Assembly (NCBI GenBank): GCA_965219455.1
Contig: OZ244744.1
Coordinates: 4,832,001-4,896,000, forward strand
DNA: 64,000 nucleotides
Source of the DNA: Candidatus Latescibacterota bacterium
Lineage (GTDB): Bacteria; Latescibacterota; UBA2968; GCA-2709665
Direction of reading: 5' to 3'
The notes under the pieces were generated by a model. It saw nothing but the letters and a program-made list of their open reading frames with translations. It was not told the origin of the DNA and ran no database searches. The translations under genes were made by a program, and so were the position numbers. Every line of letters starts with the position of its first letter. Within the stretch, counting starts at the first letter, position 1. Shown in pieces: positions 10,168 to 18,703 of the stretch.

Positions 10168-11307
10168 ATGCCGGTAAAGCCAACCGTGGCGCACTGTGCG
10201 AATCCATTTCTGACCCTGACGATGGTCTGGTGTTACGACCAGATACGGGGTTTGAGTCGATATCGACCCGTCGTGTTGACGCAGGCACGGCAGAACGAGA
10301 ACGTGTTTCCGGTTGAGACGCTCCATTCGAGCGAAGATCTGCGCCCGTTGCGCCGGTCGGTCTACCGGGTGATTCGCAAAATCCGCGGAACCTACGCGGG
10401 GTACGGGTGTATCCTCCGGGAGGAGGGGGCCGCGATCATCCATGCCCATTTCGGGCAGGAGGGATTTTTCTGCCTCGCGGCAAGGCGCTGTGCGCACGTT
10501 CCGATGGTCACCACGTTTTACGGGATGGATGCGTCCGCGCTGCCTCGCCAGCGGCTCTGGAGACGGCGGTTTCAACGGCTATTCCACGACGGCGAACTCT
10601 TTCTGGTTGAGGGCCCGCGAATGGGCGAATCGCTCGTCTCCATCGGCTGTCCGATCGAGAAAGTGCACGTGCACCCCCTGGGTGTCGATCTCGGGAAGAT
10701 TGGCAAGGCGCCTCCGGAGTCCAGGAAGGAGGCGGTGGTTCTGATGTATGCCAATTTCCGCGAGAAAAAGGGACACGTATATGGGTTGAGGGCCTGCCGA
10801 AAAATTCTCGTGTCGCATCCCGGCCTCAAGGTGCGCATTATTGGTGACGGAGAACGACGTGCGGAAGTGGAGCGGGAGATCCAGCGCCTCGTACTCGGAG
10901 ACCACGTGACCCTGTTGGGCATGCTGCCGCACGCGAAGTGCCTGGAGGAACTCGCCCGCGCGTCCGTGCTGTTGTATCCGAGCGTGACCGCAGCTGATGG
11001 CGATACGGAAGGGGGCGCGCCGGTGGCGCTGATCGAGGCCATGGCCTCGGGGTTGCCGATCGTTTCCTCGCACCACGCGGACATCCCCACGGTGGCGCCC
11101 GACGGACGGTGTGCGCTGTTGTTCAGGGAACGGGACGTGGATGGATTGGCGGAGGGCCTGGATACGCTCCTCCGGTCCAGCCGGTTGCGGGAGGAAATGG
11201 GCAGGGCGGGGAGGGCGCATGTGGAAGACGCCCACGACATGCGAAAACAGGGACGGCGGCTGGAGGCCGTATACGACCGCGTGATATCCTCGGCGAAGTC
11301 CGGGTAA
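10168..11307 (+). CDS. Glycosyltransferase family 4 (WcaL-like)
   Basis: HAHFG, REKKG, DGDTEGGAPVALIEAMASG. Confidence 0.88.
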   Translation: MPVKPTVAHCANPFLTLTMVWCYDQIRGLSRYRPVVLTQARQNENVFPVETLHSSEDLRPLRRSVYRVIRKIRGTYAGYGCILREEGAAIIHAHFGQEGFFCLAARRCAHVPMVTTFYGMDASALPRQRLWRRRFQRLFHDGELFLVEGPRMGESLVSIGCPIEKVHVHPLGVDLGKIGKAPPESRKEAVVLMYANFREKKGHVYGLRACRKILVSHPGLKVRIIGDGERRAEVEREIQRLVLGDHVTLLGMLPHAKCLEELARASVLLYPSVTAADGDTEGGAPVALIEAMASGLPIVSSHHADIPTVAPDGRCALLFRERDVDGLAEGLDTLLRSSRLREEMGRAGRAHVEDAHDMRKQGRRLEAVYDRVISSAKSG

Positions 11308-11376
11308 AGGAGCCCGGAGTTCCCGCCCGGCTTGCCTGCGGCAAGGTCACTCGCTCCTGGACGGTGTCGACGCGCA

Positions 11377-11405
11377 TTGACATTCGAACCAGTCGGTTTT
11401 ATTTT
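11377..11405 (+). promoter_or_regulatory. Putative sigma70 promoter for PhyH-anSME
   Basis: TTGACA-17 bp-TATTTT. Confidence 0.5.
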
Positions 11406-11452
11406 TCATTACGATAAGTAGATGGCGAGAGTCGTACATGCGGGGATTTTCG

Positions 11453-12298
11453 ATGGAAATAACACCGGAGCAGGAGGACGCCTACAGGGAGCAGGGGTTT
11501 CTGGTTGTCGAGGGACTGTTGAGCGATGAGGACGTGGCGGCCATTCGGGCGGATGCCACAAAGCTCTGCCGGGGGGAGTACAAGAGTGAGAATTTGAAGC
11601 CGGTGTCGAAACAGACGACCGACACGGCGGCGCTTTCACGGTATCTGTGCATTCACCAGCCGCACAACGTCAGTGCGAAAATTCGAGACGCCCTCGCGCA
11701 TCCCGCGGTCTCCAGGGCGCTTGCCCGGCTGGTGGCGCCGGATGTGAAGTGTATGCAGTCCATGTTGTTCATCAAGCCGCCGAAGTTCCCGGGGCAGGCC
11801 TGGCATCAGGACGAGGTGTATATACCAACGCGGGACCGGAGCCTTACCGGCGCCTGGTATGCCCTGGACGACGCAACGGTGGAAAACGGCTGTATGTGGG
11901 TCCTGCCGGGATCCAACCGGAACGGCTATCTGTATCCCCAGCGCGCACACGGCCGGCCCGGGGAGTTCGACTCCGCCCCGGAGTCCTATGGCTTCGACGA
12001 CAGCGAGGAAATTCCCGTGGTGTGCCGGGCCGGGGCCGTGGTCTTCTTCAACGGCTATCTGTTGCACCGGTCCCGCAGGAACCGGTCGAACCGTTTTCGG
12101 CGGGTCCTGGTGAACCACTATATGAACGCCTACTCGCTGTTGCCCTGGCATCGCCCCGACGACGGGCGGATGGCGCTGGCCGATTACCGCGGCATCGTGA
12201 TGGTTGCGGGCGAAGATCCATATGCATGGAAGGGAACGGAAGCTGGCGGCGACGCGCACGTGCGCAAGTTCGATCCCACCGCCCTGCAGGCGGAATAG
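11453..12298 (+). CDS. Phytanoyl-CoA dioxygenase (PhyH) family Fe(II)/2OG dioxygenase
   Basis: WHQD, LDDATVENGC, LLHRS...R. Confidence 0.9.
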   Translation: MEITPEQEDAYREQGFLVVEGLLSDEDVAAIRADATKLCRGEYKSENLKPVSKQTTDTAALSRYLCIHQPHNVSAKIRDALAHPAVSRALARLVAPDVKCMQSMLFIKPPKFPGQAWHQDEVYIPTRDRSLTGAWYALDDATVENGCMWVLPGSNRNGYLYPQRAHGRPGEFDSAPESYGFDDSEEIPVVCRAGAVVFFNGYLLHRSRRNRSNRFRRVLVNHYMNAYSLLPWHRPDDGRMALADYRGIVMVAGEDPYAWKGTEAGGDAHVRKFDPTALQAE

Positions 12299-12362
12299 CG
12301 TCCGCTGTTGAACAGAAGCGGTTGCGGAAGTGGCAACGTCCCAATTAGCCTGGAAAGTTCGA

Positions 12363-13703
12363 ATGGCCATGGAACAGACAATCATTGAACGGCCCGAGGC
12401 CAGTCACGTGATGGCGAAGCCATCGGGAGCGGTCTGCAATATAGACTGCAAGTACTGCTTCTATCTTGAGAAGGAAAAGCTGTACCCCGACGCCGGCAAA
12501 AACTGGCGGATGGACGATGAGACGCTGGAGCTCTACGTCCGCCACTATATCGAAGCGCAGGACGTCCCGGAGGTGAATTTTGCCTGGCAGGGCGGGGAGC
12601 CAACGTTGATGGGCGTGGATTTCTACCGCAGGGCGACGGAACTCCAGGCTCAATATGCCAATGGCAAGACCATCACAAACGCGTTTCAGACCAACGGGAT
12701 TCTGCTCGATGACGAATGGGGCGAGTTTCTGTCGGAACACGGGTTTCTGGTGGGGCTGTCCGTGGACGGACCGCGGGAGATGCACGACCGGTACCGGGTG
12801 GACAAGGGGGGGAGCCCCACGTTCGACCGGGTGATGGCTGGACTGGATGTCCTGAAAAAACACCAGGTTGATTTCAATACCCTCACGGTGTTGCAGGCCC
12901 ACAACGCGGATTACCCCAGGGAGGTGTATCGCTTCCTGAAGTCGATCGGTAGCCGGTACATGCAGTTTATCCCAATTGTGGAACGGATCGCGGAAGCGCC
13001 CGGTGAGGATCTCCTGCAGCTTGTGGCGCCGGAGTTCGACGGGCGCGCCCAGGTTTCGCAGTGGTCGGTGGGTTCGGCGCAATACGGCCGATTCCTTTGC
13101 ACGGTCTTCGACGCATGGGTCAAACAGGACGTGGGCCGGTATTTCGTCCAGATGTTCGATATCGCGCTGGGAAGCTGGATGGGCCAGGACGCCAGCCTCT
13201 GCATTTTCGCGGAAAAGTGCGGCAGGGCGCTTATTATCGAACATAATGGAGACCTGTATTCCTGCGACCATTTCGTGTATCCCCGGTACAATCTTGGCAA
13301 CGTCCGCGATAAAAGCATCCGGGAGATGGTGGCCAGCCCCCTGCAGGAGACATTCGGATCCGACAAACGCGACACGCTGCCGGCGTATTGCAGGGCCTGC
13401 GACTACCGGTTCGCGTGCAACGGGGGCTGCCCCAAACAGAGGTTCATCCACGCGCCCGACGGGGAGGCGGGGCTGAACTATCTGTGCAGGGGGTACAAGA
13501 TGTTCTTCGGCCACGTGGATCCCTACATGCGGATGATGTCGAAGGAGCTTGCGGCCGGCCGGCCCGCCGCGAACGTGATGCAATGGGTGCGCGCCCAGGA
13601 AGCAAGACGGGAGGCGGTCCGGGCCCGAAGCACGGGTCGAAACGAGCCATGTCCGTGCGGCAGCGGCAGGAAATTCAAGCGGTGTTGCGGGGTTGCCCGA
13701 TAG
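12363..13703 (+). CDS. Anaerobic sulfatase-maturating enzyme (radical SAM/SPASM) with C-terminal SEC-C motif
   Basis: CNIDCKYC, WQGGEPTL, YSCDH, CRACDYRFACNGGCPK, GRNEPCPCGSGRKFKRCC. Confidence 0.92.
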   Translation: MAMEQTIIERPEASHVMAKPSGAVCNIDCKYCFYLEKEKLYPDAGKNWRMDDETLELYVRHYIEAQDVPEVNFAWQGGEPTLMGVDFYRRATELQAQYANGKTITNAFQTNGILLDDEWGEFLSEHGFLVGLSVDGPREMHDRYRVDKGGSPTFDRVMAGLDVLKKHQVDFNTLTVLQAHNADYPREVYRFLKSIGSRYMQFIPIVERIAEAPGEDLLQLVAPEFDGRAQVSQWSVGSAQYGRFLCTVFDAWVKQDVGRYFVQMFDIALGSWMGQDASLCIFAEKCGRALIIEHNGDLYSCDHFVYPRYNLGNVRDKSIREMVASPLQETFGSDKRDTLPAYCRACDYRFACNGGCPKQRFIHAPDGEAGLNYLCRGYKMFFGHVDPYMRMMSKELAAGRPAANVMQWVRAQEARREAVRARSTGRNEPCPCGSGRKFKRCCGVAR

Positions 13704-13794
13704 GGGACGGGCAACGGGCGACTCAGCGGCCGGAAAGTCCGGCCGGATCCGATTCGGTCGGATCGCACGCCTCCCGGCGGAGGATATGGTTGGC

Positions 13795-13960
13795 TTGTGT
13801 TCTATCCCGGAAATAGATTGCCTGAATTCGGCCGCTGAGTCGCCCGGCTCGCAAGGCGCCTGAGCGAGGCGACCTGCGCAAGGTCGGCGAGCGAGGGGAA
13901 CGCAGCGAGACGGGATGAACCGGCGGATGAATGGTGGTATATTTCCGGGACGGGACACTA
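13795..13960 (+). mobile_element. MITE copy 1 (IS630-like ends)
   Basis: Imperfect TIRs TTGTGTTCTATCCCGGAAATA ... TATTTCCGGGACGGGACACTA; both arms match 23819-24138 in reverse orientation. Confidence 0.8.
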
Positions 13961-13968
13961 ATTTTGCC

Positions 13969-13997
13969 TTGACTTTTGTTCTGTGCGGTGCGATCAT
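13969..13997 (+). promoter_or_regulatory. Possible promoter of amine-oxidation operon
   Basis: TTGACT-17 bp-GATCAT with TG extension. Confidence 0.35.
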
Positions 13998-14055
13998 CCG
14001 TACCTGCTTCACCGAAGTCGGTATGGATTTTTTTGTGTCTTTCGGGAGAAGAACC

Positions 14056-14961
14056 ATGTGCGGTATTGTGGGGTTCTGGAACCGGCGGGAGGAAAACAGC
14101 GGGCTCGGCCGGACCCTATTGAAAATGCTGGACGCCCTCGACTGCCGCGGGCCGGATTCAGCCGGTGTGGCGCTATATGGCGAAGGACAAAACGGACGCC
14201 TGGTGCTGCGCGTGAGTCTGGGCGAACATGGAGATTACGATGCGATGGCGCGGCAGGTCGTTGCACGGGCGGAAGCAGTCGGCGCCGTGTCCGAGTGGGC
14301 TCGAACAGCGGAGTACCTGAGGCTTGTTATCGCCTATGGAGATGAGGCGAAGCAACTCGAACAGGCGATCGAGGCCGCGGGCGAGGGTGTGGAGGTGGTG
14401 AGTATGGGGCGCCGGCTGGAAATTGTAAAGCAGGTAGGGTCCCCCGACAACCTGGATCAAACGTACCGGGTTTCCGGCTTCGAAGGGACGCACGGAATCG
14501 GCCATACCCGCCTTTCCACGGAGTCCCGAATCGATCTGAGCCATTCCCAGCCGTTCTGGGCCCACGGTCATCCGGATCTGGCAATTGTTCACAACGGGCA
14601 CATTACCAACTATCACAAGTTGCGGCGCATATACGAGCAGGAGGGTGCGCGGTTCTACACCGAGAACGACTCCGAAATCATCGGGATGTATCTGCGCCGG
14701 CAGCTTTCGGACGGCAAGGACCTGGAGGCTGCCATGGCCGCCTCTCTGGTGGATCTGGACGGCTCGTTCAGCTATCTGGTGGCCACACCCGACGCCGTCG
14801 GGTTCGTTCGGGATCCGTATGCTTTCAAACCGCTGCTTTTTGCGGAAACGGACGAATTTGCGGCGGTGGCAACGGAAGAAATCGCATTCCGTTCGGCCAT
14901 CGATGGAGACTACGACGTGGTTGAAGCCCGTGCGAAGGACATGCGGCTATGGCGCAATTGA
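14056..14961 (+). CDS. mgsA: Class II glutamine amidotransferase, N-methylglutamate synthase subunit A-like (MgsA/GlxB), copy 1
   Basis: MCGIVG, RGPDSAG, GHTRLSTES, VHNG, ENDSE; operon context. Confidence 0.8.
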   Translation: MCGIVGFWNRREENSGLGRTLLKMLDALDCRGPDSAGVALYGEGQNGRLVLRVSLGEHGDYDAMARQVVARAEAVGAVSEWARTAEYLRLVIAYGDEAKQLEQAIEAAGEGVEVVSMGRRLEIVKQVGSPDNLDQTYRVSGFEGTHGIGHTRLSTESRIDLSHSQPFWAHGHPDLAIVHNGHITNYHKLRRIYEQEGARFYTENDSEIIGMYLRRQLSDGKDLEAAMAASLVDLDGSFSYLVATPDAVGFVRDPYAFKPLLFAETDEFAAVATEEIAFRSAIDGDYDVVEARAKDMRLWRN

Positions 14962-15644
14962 CCTGCAACGGAAAAACGACCCGGGAGATCAACCGGGAGA
15001 TCAAGACGTTCGTCGCCGCGGGTGAGGCCGACGTACGTGTTCTGGATCCGGGCGCGCGCCATAATCTCGGGGTGGCCCTCCTGGATCCCGTGCATCTCAC
15101 ACTGGAAGGCAGCGTAGGATACTATTGTGCCGGAATGATGGACGGGGCCACCGTGGAGGTAAAGGGCAGCGCGGGTTGGGGCCTGGCGGAGTCGATGATG
15201 AGCGGGAGGGTGATGGTTCACGGTAACGCGGGCAACGGTACGGCGGCGTCCATCCGCGGCGGGACGGTGGTCGTGCGTGGGCATGCCTCGTCGCGGCTGG
15301 GCGTAGCCATGAAGGGCGGGTTGATCGTCGTCGGTGGAGATTGCGGCTATATGGCCGGGTTCATGGGGCAGAGGGGCCGCATTGTTGTTTGCGGCGATAC
15401 AGGAGAAGCTTTTGCCGATTCGATGTACGAGACCGAATGTTTCGTGGGCGGTGATATCGCGGAACTCGGCAACGACGCGGTGGTCGAAACGCCCAGTGAA
15501 AAAGAGTTCGATTTTCTGAAAGCCTCCATAGGGGAACACCTGGGCAGACGCGCGGACGTTACGGCGTTCAAGAAGGTGGTGGCCGGACGCAAACTCTGGA
15601 ATTTCGACAAAGACGAGCGCGCGGTGTGGCGGGAGGCGTTGTAG
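14949..15644 (+). CDS. mgsB: GXGXG domain protein, N-methylglutamate synthase subunit B-like (MgsB/GlxC), copy 1
   Basis: GSVGYYCAGM, MKGG, MAGFMGQRG, DSMYE. Confidence 0.8.
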   Translation: MAQLTCNGKTTREINREIKTFVAAGEADVRVLDPGARHNLGVALLDPVHLTLEGSVGYYCAGMMDGATVEVKGSAGWGLAESMMSGRVMVHGNAGNGTAASIRGGTVVVRGHASSRLGVAMKGGLIVVGGDCGYMAGFMGQRGRIVVCGDTGEAFADSMYETECFVGGDIAELGNDAVVETPSEKEFDFLKASIGEHLGRRADVTAFKKVVAGRKLWNFDKDERAVWREAL

Positions 15645-15724
15645 CGCGCGGCGACGGGATCCGCCGGTCCTTCCGGGGTGGTCTTGTCCGGTCGCCATCT
15701 GATTTCAACCCGAACAGGGTAATT

Positions 15725-17071
15725 ATGGCCGAAGAACATAACGGGAGTTATCTTCCGGCGCAGGCCAGCGGCACGTTCCCGCCCGCCGTCATCGAGGACA
15801 TCCAGGTCAAGGCCGAACTGGGGCGGTACCGGATCCGGGGGTTCGGCACGTTGCGGGAGCGGCGGTGGCCGACATTCGACGACCTGACCTTTATTCCCTG
15901 CACGCTTACGCGTATTCCGCTGGAGGGATACCGTGAGCGCTGCTCGGCCAAAACGGTTCTTGGCGGGCGTTTTGCCGAAAAGCCCATCGTGCTGGATACG
16001 CCCATTATGATCACCGGCATGAGTTGGGGCGCGCTGTCCTTCAACGCCAAGGTGGCGCTCGCACGGGGCGCAAATATGGTCGGCTCCTCGAATACAACGG
16101 GCGACGGGGGGATGCTGAAGGCGGAGCGGGAGGAAAGCAACGTGCTGGTCTACGAGGTTCTGCCTTCCCGGTACGGAATTAACGTGCACGATCTCCGGGT
16201 TGCCGACGGGATCGAACTGACCATCGGACAGGGGGCGAAGCCCGGCACAGGGGGATTGCTGCTGGGCGCCAAGGTGCTCGGCGACGTGGCGTCGCAGCGG
16301 GATCTGCCCATCGGCGTGGACCAGCGGAGCCCTGCGCGGCACCCGGATTTCCTGGGTCCGGACGATATGATTATCAAGATCGAGGAGTTGCGCGAGGCAA
16401 CGGACTGGCAGGTTCCCATATTCGTCAAGATGGGCGCCACGCGTGTTTTCGACGACGTTCGCCTGGCGGCCAAGGCGGGAGCCGACGTGGTTGTGGTGGA
16501 CGGCATGGAGGGCGGCACGGGCGCCTCCGCGGAAATCTGCCAGGAGCATACGGGCATTCCCACGCTGGCGGCGGTGTGTGAAGCGCGGGCGGCCCTGGAA
16601 GATATCGGCATGTACGGGCAGGTGCAGTTGATCATCGCGGGCGGCATCCGGAACGGCGTGGACGCGGCCAAGGCCATGGCGCTGGGCGCCGATGCGGTAT
16701 ACATCGGAACGGCCGCATTGATGGCGTTGAACTGCAACAAACCCATTTTTGTGGACGACTACAAGGCGCTGGGCGCAGAGCCGTATCGCTGCCATCACTG
16801 CCATACCGGCCGATGTCCGGTGGGCATTACCACACAGGATCCCGATCTGATGGCGCGCCTCCACGTGGACGAAGCGGCTGAGCGGGTAGCCAACCTGCTC
16901 CAGGCCATGACGTCCGAAATTCAGATTCTGGCGCGGGCGTGCGGCAAGGCGGACGTTCACGATCTGGAGCCGGAAGATATGCGCGCGCTGACCTCCGAGG
17001 CGTCCATGATCTGCAATCTTCCACTCGTCGGAACGAACCGTGTCGTGGGGGGCGGGCCCGGCTGGAGATAG
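15725..17071 (+). CDS. mgsC: FMN-binding glutamate synthase family, N-methylglutamate synthase subunit C-like (MgsC/GlxD)
   Basis: GMSWGALS, TTGDGGM, GQGAKPGTGG, RHPD, CHHCHTGRCPVGITTQ. Confidence 0.85.
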   Translation: MAEEHNGSYLPAQASGTFPPAVIEDIQVKAELGRYRIRGFGTLRERRWPTFDDLTFIPCTLTRIPLEGYRERCSAKTVLGGRFAEKPIVLDTPIMITGMSWGALSFNAKVALARGANMVGSSNTTGDGGMLKAEREESNVLVYEVLPSRYGINVHDLRVADGIELTIGQGAKPGTGGLLLGAKVLGDVASQRDLPIGVDQRSPARHPDFLGPDDMIIKIEELREATDWQVPIFVKMGATRVFDDVRLAAKAGADVVVVDGMEGGTGASAEICQEHTGIPTLAAVCEARAALEDIGMYGQVQLIIAGGIRNGVDAAKAMALGADAVYIGTAALMALNCNKPIFVDDYKALGAEPYRCHHCHTGRCPVGITTQDPDLMARLHVDEAAERVANLLQAMTSEIQILARACGKADVHDLEPEDMRALTSEASMICNLPLVGTNRVVGGGPGWR

Positions 17072-17120
17072 AAAATCCCGTTGTCCGGCGCCGGGCGGCG
17101 GCGGTCTAAAGGACAATATC

Positions 17121-18359
17121 GTGTCGTTCAAGCTGATTCGACAGGCGATGAATGGAAACGGGCTGTTGCCCAGGATGTGGCGGTCCCATCCCGTCAAGGA
17201 TCGCTACGACGTCGTCATTGTCGGTGGAGGAGCACATGGGCTCGCCTGCGCCTACTATCTGGCGGCCCAGCACGGTATCACGGATGTCGCAGTTGTTGAA
17301 AGAGGCTATATCGGTTCCGGCGGAAGCGGACGGAATACGGCAATTATCCGCAGCAACTATCTGACACCTGAAGGGGTGCGATTTTACGACGAAAGCGTGC
17401 GCCTGTACAAGCAGATGGCGACGGAACTGGATTTCAACGTCATGTTCAGCCAGCGCGGGCACCTGACGCTGGCCCATACCGACGGGGCGGTGCGCACGAT
17501 GCGCCGGCGGGCGGAGGTGAACAAGCTTCAGGGCGTGGATTCGGAGTTGATCCGGCCCGACGAAATTGAGAGGCTCTGCCCGGGCATCGACGTCAGCGAC
17601 CATCCCCGCTATCCGATCCTGGCGGCGCTTTACCATCCGCCGGGAGGAATCGTCCGTCACGACGCCGTCGTGTGGGGCTATGCCCATCAGGCCGACCTGA
17701 GAGGCGTGCATATCCACCAGCAGACCGCGGTGACCGGGATAGACGTGCAGGGTGACACCGTTGTGGGCGTGGAGACAACGGGGGGTTACATCAGGACCGG
17801 TACGGTGTTGAACGCAACGGCCGGGTGGGGGTCGACTATCGCCGACATGGCGGGCGTACGCCTGCCCCTCACCACGTTTCCGCTGCAGGCCTGCGTCACC
17901 GAGCCCTTAAAGCCCTTTCTGGACGTCGTCATCGTATCGGGAAGTCTGCACGTGTACGTGAGCCAGTCGGACCGCGGCGAGTTGGTGATGGGCGCAAGCG
18001 TGGATCCATATACCTCCTATTCGATGGATTCTTCGCTGTCGTTTCTGGAGGGCATTGCCGGGCACATGCTGGAGCTGTTCCCGTTCCTGAGCAAAGTGCG
18101 GGTGTTGCGGCAGTGGGCGGGGCTTTGCGATATGACACCGGATTACAGCCCCATAATGGGCTTTACTCCCGTGAGGGGTTTTCTTGTGGACGTGGGTTGG
18201 GGCACGTACGGCTTCAAGGCGTCCCCCATTTGCGGCCGGACGTTGGCGGAACTGATCGCCAGCGAACAGACGCCGGATCTGATTCAACCCTTCCGGCTGT
18301 CCAGGTTCGAGGAATTTGACCTGGTCGGCGAAAAGGGCGCGGCGTCGGTGGGTCACTAA
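17121..18359 (+). CDS. soxB: Sarcosine oxidase beta / N-methylglutamate dehydrogenase subunit A-like flavoprotein
   Basis: VGGGAHG, GRNTAIIRSNY, RHDAV, GWGTYGFKA, EKGAASVGH; GTG start after AAGGA. Confidence 0.88.
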   Translation: MSFKLIRQAMNGNGLLPRMWRSHPVKDRYDVVIVGGGAHGLACAYYLAAQHGITDVAVVERGYIGSGGSGRNTAIIRSNYLTPEGVRFYDESVRLYKQMATELDFNVMFSQRGHLTLAHTDGAVRTMRRRAEVNKLQGVDSELIRPDEIERLCPGIDVSDHPRYPILAALYHPPGGIVRHDAVVWGYAHQADLRGVHIHQQTAVTGIDVQGDTVVGVETTGGYIRTGTVLNATAGWGSTIADMAGVRLPLTTFPLQACVTEPLKPFLDVVIVSGSLHVYVSQSDRGELVMGASVDPYTSYSMDSSLSFLEGIAGHMLELFPFLSKVRVLRQWAGLCDMTPDYSPIMGFTPVRGFLVDVGWGTYGFKASPICGRTLAELIASEQTPDLIQPFRLSRFEEFDLVGEKGAASVGH

Positions 18360-18415
18360 AGGTCGGCTGTTCCATATACGCAGGCCTTTGCGCGAGTCCG
18401 GACTCTGAGCGCCTT

Positions 18416-18703
18416 ATGTTGATACTACCCTGTCCGAATTGTGGCGATCGAAACGTGAGCGAGTTTCGTTTCGGGGGTGAATACAATCCCAGACCTCCGG
18501 ATCCGGACGCGTGCGACGACGACGCGTTGGCCGCGTATCTCTATCTGCGCGACAACAAGCTGGGCGTGGAGAAGGCGTGGTGGTATCACCAGGCGGGATG
18601 CGGTCTGTGGTTCCTGGTGGAGCGGCACACCAAAACGCAGCAGGTGGTGAAATCGTACGTCTGGCAGGCGGACACGGTCGGGGAGGGTACGGATGGCGAC
18701 TGA
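18416..18703 (+). CDS. soxD: Sarcosine oxidase delta / MgdB-like subunit
   Basis: CPNCGDR..EF..GGE, YLYLRDN, H..GC. Confidence 0.88.
   Translation: MLILPCPNCGDRNVSEFRFGGEYNPRPPDPDACDDDALAAYLYLRDNKLGVEKAWWYHQAGCGLWFLVERHTKTQQVVKSYVWQADTVGEGTDGD

Noticed and set aside
15725-17071. Canonical glutamate synthase gltB
   Set aside because: Split subunits next to sox-like genes and a GS-family ligase fit the N-methylglutamate-type cluster; no gltD.
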